Below are positions 28,641 to 38,609 of a stretch of 64,000 nucleotides of DNA, piece by piece. The DNA comes from Candidatus Falkowbacteria bacterium (GTDB lineage: Bacteria > Patescibacteriota > Patescibacteriia > CAIXNZ01). The DNA lies in assembly GCA_963774955.1 (NCBI GenBank), contig CAVZGV010000006.1:159224-223223 (forward strand), written 5' to 3'. The position numbers were made by a program, and so were the translations under genes. Position 1 is the first letter of the stretch. Each line of letters starts with the position of its first letter. A model generated the notes under the pieces. That model was not told the DNA's origin. It was given only the letters and a program-made list of their open reading frames with translations, and searched no databases.

Positions 28641-28925
28641 ATGTCACATAAAAAAGCTGGCGGTAGTTCCGCCTATGGCCGCGATTCCCAGGCCCAAAGA
28701 TTGGGCGTTAAAAGGTACGGTGGCCAATATGTCAAGGCTGGTAATATCCTGGTTCGCCAAAGAGGTATTAAAATCAGGCCCGGCCAGAATGTCATGAAAG
28801 GCAAAGATGACACTCTATTTTCAATCATTGACGGCATTGTCAAATTTACTGAAAAGAAAATCAGAAAATTCGATAACGCTTTAACCAAAACCAAATTTGT
28901 CAATGTTTTACCAGTCAAAAAATAA
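28641..28925 (+). CDS. rpmA: 50S ribosomal protein L27
   Basis: [29 protein letters not shown]. Confidence 0.97.
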   Translation: MSHKKAGGSSAYGRDSQAQRLGVKRYGGQYVKAGNILVRQRGIKIRPGQNVMKGKDDTLFSIIDGIVKFTEKKIRKFDNALTKTKFVNVLPVKK

Positions 28926-28971
28926 TTCTAAAAAACGGGCATTTCAATGCCTGTTTTTTAATAAAAAACAT

Positions 28972-30771
28972 ATGTCACCAAAAAATTTCGAAAAATTTAA
29001 CCCAAGCGCAGAAATGGAAGGAAAAAAGAAGTCCAGGGAGAAATTATCTATTTTTAAAAACAAACTACTAAAAAGATTGGTCATCCCTGCCACAGTAGCC
29101 TATCTTGCCTTTGCTCCTTCTTTTAAACTCCAAGCCCAGGAAACCGAATTACCAGTAGATAAACCAGCTAAAGAAAAAACAGGCAAAGATTTACCTATGA
29201 CCTGGCAACAGCTCGAAGAACAAATTAAAAAGAAAATTAAATTACCCAAACTTGAAACCACTTTTTTACAGGAAAACGATAAGGGTGAGGCAGAATTCAA
29301 CTACTGGTCAATCCTTGCTCCGGTACAACTTGAATTTTCCAGAGAAACAAAATCCCAGAATGAAGTTATCGCTAATTTACCTTATGAATATGCCCGTCTA
29401 TTTGATTCGGCCGCACCTTTACGCGAAAAAGATAAAGAAAAAATCATTAACAATATTGACCAAGAGTTGAAAAATCAACTTGGCGAAGAATTAATCGGTT
29501 TAGACTGGAGCCAAAGAGTCCATACTCATCATAAACGTAAGCAAATGCCTTCACTTACTGAAATTGATTATATAACACTAGTCGGAACAACTTCGCCCGA
29601 AGGGCCTGAGTTAAAAGGCCCCAAAACAATTGGACCGGATGCAATTGATAGCGAAAATCTCCAATTAGGCGAACTTAGAGCCAAAAATATGGAGTCAGTA
29701 GTAAATAAGTACCTCCAGAAAAAAGGGATCAAAATTACCAAATCAGGGAAAGAAAACATGGACATGACCAATCCTGCGAATATTAAAAGTCATGAAATTC
29801 AGTTTACGCCCAAGGAAATGGAACAATTAGCCGGTATTGCTCGAGAATTAAAAGTCACAGGCGCAGATGACATGGAAATGGTTTATAACCTGATTAGAAT
29901 GTATAATGACGATCGAATTGATAAGCCCATTTTAGCCAAACAGCTGGATAAGCTTATTGCCGGTAAAAGATCAGTTGTTGTCAAACTTGGTTATGAGAAT
30001 AAAAAAGATCAAACATTATTAGTGCCGGTTCCTTTATTACTACTACTACCTTTGATTTTAAGACGACGTAAAAATAAAAATCAGCCACCAAATGAACCGA
30101 CTGTTCCCCCGACTGAGCCGGAAATTCCCCCAACTGAAGCAGAAACGCCACCTGCTGAAGGTATGCCTGAACCAACCGCTGAAACTTTAATGCCAATACC
30201 GCTAGAAAATGAAACACCACTTTCACCCGAAAAAATCACTAACACTATTCCAGAAAACGTAACGCCACTTTCACCCGAAGAAATCACTAACACTATCAAT
30301 GAACTCCCGCAAATACTGGTGGGGACAAAATTACCTTCACCAGAAAGTTCTGAATATAAAAACATGGAGGAAGCCACAGTTTGTGATGATTTGAATGTTT
30401 TTTGGAATGACCCCAAAGTTGTCAGCCGCGGCCTAAATTACCAGGGACTTACCGATGAAATGAAGACCAGCTATAACTCATTCGAGGACAACGGACAAAG
30501 GGAATTATTTTTAGCTTATAAAATTTTAAAGGCTTGGGAGTCAAATGATAAGCTCTGCCGCAAGGAAGCCGGCGTAAGCAATGAACACCTTAATGATTAT
30601 TTAGACTATGAAAAACAACCCCAACAAATACTCTGGAGCAAAATGCATGCCCGTAAAATGTTAGAATTAATTGAGACTCAAAAAAAATCCGCGGATAAAA
30701 GCATTGATGATCTTTTGACGGAAGAAGCAATCAAGCTCCAACTGCGCAGATTTGAAAAAAATCAAAATTAA
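28972..30771 (+). CDS. Membrane protein with a possible OmpA-like domain and a Pro/Glu/Thr linker
   Basis: ITLVGTTSPEG...NLQLGELRA, a hydrophobic stretch followed by RRRK, and a 16-aa tandem repeat (ENETPLSPEKITNTIP). Confidence 0.55.
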   Translation: MSPKNFEKFNPSAEMEGKKKSREKLSIFKNKLLKRLVIPATVAYLAFAPSFKLQAQETELPVDKPAKEKTGKDLPMTWQQLEEQIKKKIKLPKLETTFLQENDKGEAEFNYWSILAPVQLEFSRETKSQNEVIANLPYEYARLFDSAAPLREKDKEKIINNIDQELKNQLGEELIGLDWSQRVHTHHKRKQMPSLTEIDYITLVGTTSPEGPELKGPKTIGPDAIDSENLQLGELRAKNMESVVNKYLQKKGIKITKSGKENMDMTNPANIKSHEIQFTPKEMEQLAGIARELKVTGADDMEMVYNLIRMYNDDRIDKPILAKQLDKLIAGKRSVVVKLGYENKKDQTLLVPVPLLLLLPLILRRRKNKNQPPNEPTVPPTEPEIPPTEAETPPAEGMPEPTAETLMPIPLENETPLSPEKITNTIPENVTPLSPEEITNTINELPQILVGTKLPSPESSEYKNMEEATVCDDLNVFWNDPKVVSRGLNYQGLTDEMKTSYNSFEDNGQRELFLAYKILKAWESNDKLCRKEAGVSNEHLNDYLDYEKQPQQILWSKMHARKMLELIETQKKSADKSIDDLLTEEAIKLQLRRFEKNQN

Positions 30772-30780
30772 TGCCAATAA

Positions 30781-30810
30781 AAAACGCCCCGTGTCGCGGG
30801 GCGTTTTTTT
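30781..30810. terminator. Bidirectional terminator
   Basis: AAAACGCCCCG-TGTCG-CGGGGCGTTTT between convergent genes. Confidence 0.75.
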
Positions 30811-30961
30811 ATTTTACTATTTTTCCTTCTTTACCATATTATCTATAAAACGTTGAGCATATTAAAATCTAATTTCCTTTCAAAATGTCCCCGGGGTAAC
30901 GGCTGATTAAATTTAAAAGTTTCCCCTATTGGCATTTTTGGCATAAATTTAAAAAGAATAT

Positions 30962-31657
30962 TTATTTAACCTCCGGCAAATTAAAGTCTTTGAGATCAGG
31001 CAGATTAGACATATCAGTTATTTGAACATCTTTCGGTAGTTCAAACATATTATCCGGAATCACGCTAAAATCAAAATTTTCATAATTTACCACGGTTGTA
31101 ACCTTGCCGTCGTCGGTTTCTATCCTAACCGGCAAACCATATTTTTGCCATAACCATTCCTTAGTCGTAGTACCTCCCCATTTATACTGGATAACTAAAC
31201 AATTTTTGCCGTCTACTACCTCACTACCAATGACTTCCGGCTGATACTGACTAATACTGTCCGCCTCATCAATAATTGATTTTTCCTTTTGCTGACCAAG
31301 CCCCAAGCTCATTTTAACGGCTGTATTTGCTGAAGGAGTATAAATATACATAGTCTGATCTTCCTGGTTAAAAATCGAAACAGCCTTATCGGCTTCCATT
31401 CTCATTTTATTCTCTCTAAACCAAAATTTCTGAATCATATCCGCGCCTGCGGCATCTTTAGTCACGATATCATACCTTATATTCTTAATATTTTTTGTCC
31501 GGCCCAAAAGGATATCCAAAGAATCGCTTTCCGCCAGATTGCTATTGCCCATTACCAGGGTCTGCTCGCCGTCCTGAACAAAACTTCTTTTACACCCGCC
31601 TAAAACAACTAACATTATTAAACCGATGAATAAAAAAAGGAATTTTTTATTTGTCAT
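30962..31657 (-). CDS. Lipoprotein, DUF4412/LolA-like
   Basis: LGGC lipobox, GSEVVDGKNC, W.W.KYGLP and FELP motifs. Confidence 0.7.
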   Translation of the reverse strand: MTNKKFLFLFIGLIMLVVLGGCKRSFVQDGEQTLVMGNSNLAESDSLDILLGRTKNIKNIRYDIVTKDAAGADMIQKFWFRENKMRMEADKAVSIFNQEDQTMYIYTPSANTAVKMSLGLGQQKEKSIIDEADSISQYQPEVIGSEVVDGKNCLVIQYKWGGTTTKEWLWQKYGLPVRIETDDGKVTTVVNYENFDFSVIPDNMFELPKDVQITDMSNLPDLKDFNLPEVK

Positions 31658-31772
31658 ATTGATTAACTTATTTCGTAAACTTCACCTGCTTTAATTTTAA
31701 TGCCTTTATGCAAAAAAAACAAGAAGACCCTGCAACTGCAACCGAGTCTTCCTGTTTTATATTAGAGGTAAA

Positions 31773-32234
31773 TTATGGCACAATAAAATTCGTGGTCAGA
31801 GTTTGTCCGTCCGCCAAAGTGGCTGTTACCGCATAATTTCCGCTGGGCCAGTCTTTGGTCGGTTTAGAAAACGAAAAACTACTGATTATATCGCCTTCCA
31901 TTTGAGTATCATTGGCTACGGGACCGACCTTATCACCGGATGGCAAATAAGTCAATTCAGCTGTAACTTTTAAACCGGTTTTGGCTCCGAGGATATAAGC
32001 GGAAACACCTATTTCCGGAGTAGTGGCACTAAAGCTGGTTTTATTTTCAGCAACAGTTCCCTGATCATCAAAAACATCACTAATTAAGAGTTTGGACAAA
32101 GTTGAGCCGACTACTACGGTAGTACTTCCTGTTTCTAACCCATTGGTATTGTCAACTTGATTTGTGATTAAATCTGTTTGAGTACAGGCGGTCAGCCAGA
32201 TTACTGCCGATATTAAAATAAGTAATTTTTTCAT
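31773..32234 (-). CDS. Lipoprotein with an Ig-like domain
   Basis: LTAC lipobox and WPSGNY.V. Confidence 0.7.
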   Translation of the reverse strand: MKKLLILISAVIWLTACTQTDLITNQVDNTNGLETGSTTVVVGSTLSKLLISDVFDDQGTVAENKTSFSATTPEIGVSAYILGAKTGLKVTAELTYLPSGDKVGPVANDTQMEGDIISSFSFSKPTKDWPSGNYAVTATLADGQTLTTNFIVP

Positions 32235-32250
32235 ATCTCAGAATTTAATT

Positions 32251-33869
32251 CTAAGAAATCGCCGCCTTGATAAACTCTCTGAAAAGCGGATGCGGTTTTA
32301 GGGGCCTGGATTTAAACTCAGGATGAAACTGGGTAGCCACGAAGAATTTATGGTTCGGGACTTCGATAATTTCCACCAAACTGTTATCAGGAGATGTACC
32401 GGCAATCAACAAGCCTTTTTCTTCCAGCAATTTCCTATATTCATTATTAAATTCGTAACGATGGCGATGACGTTCGGAAATTTCTTTCTGGCCATATGCC
32501 TTGTAACTGACCGAATCTTTGTTTAAGACGCAAGGATACGCACCCAAACGCATAGTACCGCCCATTTTCTTTAATTTTATTTTATCAATCTGATCTTCCA
32601 TGGTATGCACAACCGGATATGGAGTGTTTTCATCAACTTCAGGCGTATTAGCCTTATCCAGACCGGCCATATGGCGGGCAAATTCGATTGTTGCCAATTG
32701 CATGCCATAACACAAGCCTAAATACGGTATATTATTTTCCCGGCAATATTTAATGGCCTGAATCTTGCCTTCAATTCCCCGGCTCCGAATCCGCCCGGTA
32801 CAATAATGCCGTCATACTTTTTTAATTCCGCCAGCTTACTCGGGTCTTTTTCAAATTCTTCCGAATTAATCCAGCATAATACCGGCTGACGGTTATTGGC
32901 CCAGCTCGCATGTTTAATCGCCTCAATTACCGAAATATATGAATCCGACAAAGTAAAATTGCCAGTGGCAAAATATTTACCCACAATGCCGATATTTACT
33001 TTCTCATGAGCTGAATCTATTTTCTCGATTAATTTTACCCAATCTTTCAAATCCTTACCCTTGGCTTTCAGTCCGAATTTAGCTAAAATTTTCTCCCCCA
33101 GTTCTTCTTTCTCAAAATTCAAGGGAATTTCATAAATATTATCAACGTCTGGCGCGGAAATTGCATTGCCCTTGGCAATATTACAAAAAGTTGCTAATTT
33201 TTCTTTTCTAACTTCATCCAAAGGTACGTCAGCTCGGCACAGGATAAAATCCGGGAATATACCGGTTGAATTTAAAGTCCTAACCGCAGTCTGGGTCGGT
33301 TTGGTTTTCATTTCACCGATTTTTGAAGGAATCGGGAAATAACTGACCAGCATAACAATCACATCATTAGGCACTTCTGTCCTCATCATACGAGCCGCTT
33401 CCAAAAATAAAATATTTTGATATTCTCCCACTGTCCCGCCGATTTCAATAATGGTAAAATCCGCCTTGGCCAGTTCAGCTGCTTTTTTAATGCGGGAAAT
33501 CACTTCTAAAGGCACATGGGGTACGACTTCCACACATTTACCGCCGTATTCTAAATTTCTTTCCCGTTGGATTACGCTTAAGTAAACACGACCGGTGGTC
33601 ATGTAATTTGTCGATAAAATATCTCGGTCTAAAAATCTCTCATAATTACCGATATCCTGATCAGTCTCATCACCGTCATCAGTCACAAAAACTTCGCCGT
33701 GTTCGGTCGGATTCATAGTGCCGGCATCGACATTAATATAGGGATCAATTTTTATGGCCGTAACATTATAGCCTTTACTCTGTAAAATTTTTCCGATTGA
33801 AGCGCAGGAAACGCCCTTGCCCACGCCGGACATCACCCCGCCGGCCACAAAGATAAATTTAGGAGTCAT
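32251..33869 (-). pseudogene. pyrG: CTP synthase split by a 1-nt deletion near 32784
   Basis: GVMSGVGKG and KIDPYIN in the first ORF; [13 protein letters not shown] and QFHPE in the second. Adding one base restores [12 protein letters not shown]. Confidence 0.9.
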
Positions 33870-34012
33870 ATGATTGAAAAGTTTTATTAAGTTATATTAG
33901 GTTGTATGAAGTTTTATAAGGTTGCATCTTGTGTTTTAAGCAACTTTATATAACATAATAAAACATCATACAACCTTATACAACCTCAGGTTAAACCAAA
34001 AAAGAGAGGCTT

Positions 34013-34459
34013 TTAATCCTCTCTAGTGACAGTTAGTCCGACCTTGGCTGTCACTCCGGAGCCAAAATCAATCAACACATCAAAATAACCCAAACTTTTT
34101 ATCGGCTGCTCAAGCTTCACGTATTTACTTTCAATATTATAATTGCGAGCCTTTAGCTCATCTGCGATCTTCTGGGCATTTATAGAACCAAACAATGTTT
34201 TCTTCTCATCTGCCTTGGCTTTGACAATGATTTTAATATTATTTATTTTCTTGGCTATTTCCTTAAATTTTTTGGCGCGATTAGCCAAAGCCTTGGTCTG
34301 AGAATTTTTCTTTTGTTCCATCTCCCTGACTGAAAGCTCCGTTGCAATCTGCACGAGTTTGTTCGGTAGTAAATAATTGCGGGCGTAACCATCGCTCACT
34401 TGTTTTATTTCACCTGCTTTCCCCAACTCGGGTACATTTTTTACTAAAATTACTTTCAT
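34013..34459 (-). CDS. rplI: 50S ribosomal protein L9
   Basis: LGKAGEI..VSDGYARNYLLP, LFGSI and PIKSLG. Confidence 0.95.
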   Translation of the reverse strand: MKVILVKNVPELGKAGEIKQVSDGYARNYLLPNKLVQIATELSVREMEQKKNSQTKALANRAKKFKEIAKKINNIKIIVKAKADEKKTLFGSINAQKIADELKARNYNIESKYVKLEQPIKSLGYFDVLIDFGSGVTAKVGLTVTRED

Positions 34460-34524
34460 ATTTAATAAAAAAATTAAGCTTAAAATCTTAATTTCCCCTT
34501 TCCCTTATATTACACCCAAATAAA

Positions 34525-34896
34525 CTATTTGCCAAATAAACCAGCCCAAAAACCTTTTTTCTCCTCGGTTTCTTCCGCAGGCTGAGACGCCTGTTGAGAT
34601 TCGGCGATAATTTGGTTATAAATTCGCTGCGCTTCCTGTTTAACCAGATCCGAATCATAATCGCCGCTATGGGCTGTATAACCTTCATATGAGGCCTTTT
34701 TTTGGTCCAAATGCAGGTTTAAAACCAAAGGCTCTTCAGAATTGATATACATATGGAACCTGGGATAAAAATCATTGCGTAAACGCTTAACATAGCTGGT
34801 TTGCCCTGTCCGCGAATCACGGATAAACCCATAGCCGCAGCGTCTGACCAGAAAGTCAGCTTTTTGATGTAATTTTTGAGTAAAAGTAATTTTCAT
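34525..34896 (-). CDS. Hypothetical protein
   Basis: Intact ORF containing FYPRFHMY...LHLDQKK.SY...AHSGDY; no function recognised. Confidence 0.7.
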   Translation of the reverse strand: MKITFTQKLHQKADFLVRRCGYGFIRDSRTGQTSYVKRLRNDFYPRFHMYINSEEPLVLNLHLDQKKASYEGYTAHSGDYDSDLVKQEAQRIYNQIIAESQQASQPAEETEEKKGFWAGLFGK

Positions 34897-35042
34897 AATA
34901 TACTCAAATATACCATTAAAATCTAGAAAAATCAAGTTAACTAATTACCAATCAATTCCTTGACAATTTTATCTAACTAATGCTAAAATTCCCTGATGGT
35001 TTTAGGGAAAGAACATTAACAATAAGAAAAAAGGAGAAAAAA

Positions 35043-36677
35043 ATGAAAACCAGGATTATCGTGTTACTCTTCGGCCTGCTAATTAGCTTGCTGGTGATTA
35101 ATTGCGCCTGTCCCGATGATGACTGCAAAAGCTGTCCACAGAATCCACCGACGCAAACAAATAATCAGGCGTACCTATCAATAATCAACTCCAATCCGCA
35201 ATTTCATCTTGTACATGTTGGTGCGAAAAACTTTTTTTGGCAGGAAGGTCTTATATTGACCAGCTATGGTTATGAAGCGAATCCCGCCTCCCAAGAGACG
35301 GTAATTATTACCGCCATATCATTTGAGGATACATATTCAGGAACAAACAATCTGAATGAAATCAACAACCTTAGATTATTCATTCAAATTGCCAATGGTT
35401 ATTGCCCGCCGGCCGATGCTTTAAACGATGTCAGCGGTATTATAAATCTGCCGGTAGAACCAAGTCCCCAACATGCAAACATTTCTCTGACTGAACCGGT
35501 TATCTTAGAACCCGGTGATTGTGCCAGAATTAGGATTGTCGGGGACTTATCTGAAACCGCCGACACGACTACTCCAGGCAGTCATGACATGGAGTTTACT
35601 GATGTAACTGCATTCGGAGTTGAATCACTCGAAACTTTAACCGAGGACAACCAACATCTTTTTATTCATCACCAGCATGAAAGAGTGACCAACGTACCTG
35701 CCGATCCTGGACATTTGTCGATTCAGCCTGATTTGTCTGAACCATATGAGAATATTATTCTCGACAGTTCAACTTTACAGTCAGTTGCAATTTTCCGGGT
35801 AAACGCATACGGCTATGAAGATATTAACCTTCAAAGTCTCAAACTTACGGACTTAGGAAACGGCAAGGCAGCCTCAACCTGTTATCTTTTTAGCAACTCA
35901 AGAAATGACGGACAATCTGTTTCACAACCGATAGCTTCAGCCGCTATGTCTGCGACTGATCCTGCCTTTTGCGAACTTTCATTTGATGCTGTCACAGTCT
36001 CAGCCGGATCATCCGTACTTTTGACGGTCAAAGCTGATTTCAATAACATCAATGATTTCAACCTGTACGACGATGATCTATTTCAACTGGCTGTAAGCAA
36101 CCCCATGACGGATCTGACAGGCATCGGCTTAATCACAAATCAGGTAATTCACGGCCAGCCTGAAAGTCAACAGGCAACTGAAAATTACATTTTTCAGTCA
36201 AGACCTTATGTCAGTTTAAGCCCTGAATCACCTTCTGGTTTATTTGTCCCCAGCGCCATGACTCTCATTGGAATTTTTAAAATATCTGCAGCGCCTGGCG
36301 GCAATATTTCCTTCATCGATTCATTCTTAAATGGCATGTCCTTTGATATCACAACCTCCTGTGATACTATTCACAATAGCTATATCTATCTTAAAGATGG
36401 ATACAGCAATCTCTTAGATTCCGGGCAAGTATATACTTGCGATCAAAACGCTATTGCTGGGATTACATTTGTACCTAATAATTTCACCATAGTAGCCAGT
36501 ACTTCCCAAAAAATATATGTCTATTTGGACACAACCCAATTTACAGGACCAAATAATGTTATCCAAATCGGCATGAGAACTGTCCACAGCTGGGGTATAA
36601 ACAACTTCGGCGGTTACGGACATACCCATGTTATCATCCCAGGCGGCATTTATGCACCGATCCTGGTGAAACCATAA
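35043..36677 (+). CDS. Secreted or lipoprotein beta-rich surface protein
   Basis: Signal-like MKTRIIVLLFGLLISLLVINC; AAGGAG RBS; TTGACA-18-TAAAAT at 34960-34989; terminator at about 36681-36706. Confidence 0.7.
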   Translation: MKTRIIVLLFGLLISLLVINCACPDDDCKSCPQNPPTQTNNQAYLSIINSNPQFHLVHVGAKNFFWQEGLILTSYGYEANPASQETVIITAISFEDTYSGTNNLNEINNLRLFIQIANGYCPPADALNDVSGIINLPVEPSPQHANISLTEPVILEPGDCARIRIVGDLSETADTTTPGSHDMEFTDVTAFGVESLETLTEDNQHLFIHHQHERVTNVPADPGHLSIQPDLSEPYENIILDSSTLQSVAIFRVNAYGYEDINLQSLKLTDLGNGKAASTCYLFSNSRNDGQSVSQPIASAAMSATDPAFCELSFDAVTVSAGSSVLLTVKADFNNINDFNLYDDDLFQLAVSNPMTDLTGIGLITNQVIHGQPESQQATENYIFQSRPYVSLSPESPSGLFVPSAMTLIGIFKISAAPGGNISFIDSFLNGMSFDITTSCDTIHNSYIYLKDGYSNLLDSGQVYTCDQNAIAGITFVPNNFTIVASTSQKIYVYLDTTQFTGPNNVIQIGMRTVHSWGINNFGGYGHTHVIIPGGIYAPILVKP

Positions 36678-36709
36678 TTCAAAGACCCCCGCAACGCGGG
36701 GGTCTATTT

Positions 36710-37063
36710 TTATTTAGCTTTTTGAAATTTCACAATTATCACCGGATCATACTTATTACCCAGCTCATCCTGAATTTCTACTTTTTCCCCTTTCATCAAT
36801 TTGTTAAACGCCATGTCGCTGATCATTTCATTATCAGCCTCAATATCCAGTTTCAGATCTTCAAGTTTTTCAAAGTCTTTGATCATGGCTGTCTTAATCA
36901 CTTTTTCTATTTCCTTTTTCTGGATTTTTACTTTTTCCAAATCATCATTAATTTCCTGATATTCGCTGTGATGCGACAATTCGCTTTTATAAGCATCGCG
37001 GATTAATTTTTGCTTGTTTTTAAAATCTTTTACTCGGTCAAAAATTTCTTGGATTTCTGGCAT
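36710..37063 (-). CDS. Hypothetical coiled-coil protein
   Basis: 117-aa helical ORF. Confidence 0.7.
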   Translation of the reverse strand: MPEIQEIFDRVKDFKNKQKLIRDAYKSELSHHSEYQEINDDLEKVKIQKKEIEKVIKTAMIKDFEKLEDLKLDIEADNEMISDMAFNKLMKGEKVEIQDELGNKYDPVIIVKFQKAK

Positions 37064-37448
37064 ACGCTATAAAAAGTAATAATTAAAACACCATTTCATT
37101 ATACAGGAAATCATCGGAGTTTTCAATTGTTGATAAAGTACCTTTAAAGACTTAGAATCGTATATTTAACAGATTTTTCACGATATACCCCAAAATTACC
37201 CTAAAATTTATTATACCACAAAATCTACATTTCAATTTATTCCTAAAATTAGCCCCAAAAAGCAAATAATCAGCCAAAATACTTGACAATTATTTACAAA
37301 TTTGTTAAGTTAGTCTATTGTTAAAGAAAAAGGAGGGTGGCACCTTTAAATACAAATATTAGGCAAAGGCAAAGGAAACTGTTTCGGTTAACCCGTTTTC
37401 CGTTGGAAAACGAGAAGTATCAAAAAACAAGGAAAAGGAGAAAAGAAG

Positions 37449-38540
37449 ATGAACAAAGGTTTGAAGACTTTCGTGACTGTGGTGGCCATGCTTATGCTGG
37501 CCCTGTCCTTCAACTGCGCGCCTCCCGGGACTTCGGGCGGCGGTGACCCCCCGGCCACCTCACCGGACAACCCCACCGAGGTTATTCTCGATGTCGGCAT
37601 CGACTTCACCGACGACGTCACCGGCTCGAATCCCTACTGGGATGTCAGCCCGCTTCTCGTAACCCCCGGCGTACCGCCCACGGAACTGCGCATTTTCGGC
37701 TCCATCGAGTCCCGAGCCTGCTACGATCCGTACAACTGCGCAGTCGATCGGACTTCGGAAGTCGTCGGCGGCCAGTGGCATCGCACCTACAGGGTGCCGA
37801 TCAATACGCCGCTTCATATCGGCTATTCGCTCGGCAATTACCTGCGGGCCGACGCCATTACTATCAATGGAGTACCGCTGACTACCTACCAGGCCCTGGG
37901 CACTGCCCCGGCCCAGTGGGGCGTCGCCTGCTTCATTATCAATCGCAATACGGACGGAACCAATACGGTCACCGGTAACCCCTCCTGCACCGCCGTCGCC
38001 CGGCGCGCGCAGCTCGTGGTCACCGGCGATTCGGGAGGCAGCGGCCTCAATTCATACTCCAACGGCATCTACAATATGCCCTACGACGATCCCATCTTCA
38101 TGAGTACGGGTTCGTATGTGGCCTATTCGGGTGCCGCCGGAGAAGGCCCGATAACCATCCAGACCGGTCTGTGGCAAAACCCCACACCCGGCGGCATCAC
38201 GCAGAGCATGGTCTACAACGCCACGCTCAACGCCTATGTCGAGGATATCCCCTTCCTGCTTTCGACCCAGGCCAACTTCTGGGCCCTGCATCACCCGCCC
38301 CGCGACCCGACTTGCACCGGAGCCGTTCCGGCTTGTCCCGCGGAAGTCCAGTACGGCGCTTACATGAACATCATGCCCCTGGCTGGCGGCGCCGTGCAGT
38401 GCACAACCCAGTTGTGGCACTACGTCGATTTCGACGCCACGGCAGCCTCGTACGTCGGCGAAACCTTCAACGGTTTCAATCCGACCACGAACTGCATTAT
38501 CCAGGACCCCGACACGCGCGACGCGCCTGCCGGCACCTGA
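37449..38540 (+). CDS. High-GC putative lipoprotein
   Basis: Signal ending LALSFNC; AAGGAG RBS; strong G/C bias at third codon positions; promoter TTGACA at 37283; terminator at 38562-38592. Confidence 0.8.
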   Translation: MNKGLKTFVTVVAMLMLALSFNCAPPGTSGGGDPPATSPDNPTEVILDVGIDFTDDVTGSNPYWDVSPLLVTPGVPPTELRIFGSIESRACYDPYNCAVDRTSEVVGGQWHRTYRVPINTPLHIGYSLGNYLRADAITINGVPLTTYQALGTAPAQWGVACFIINRNTDGTNTVTGNPSCTAVARRAQLVVTGDSGGSGLNSYSNGIYNMPYDDPIFMSTGSYVAYSGAAGEGPITIQTGLWQNPTPGGITQSMVYNATLNAYVEDIPFLLSTQANFWALHHPPRDPTCTGAVPACPAEVQYGAYMNIMPLAGGAVQCTTQLWHYVDFDATAASYVGETFNGFNPTTNCIIQDPDTRDAPAGT

Positions 38541-38609
38541 TTCCCCTGACCTTTGCCACCCAAAAGCCCCTCCGCAACGCGGAGGGGCTTTTCTTATTCT
38601 TTTTCAATC

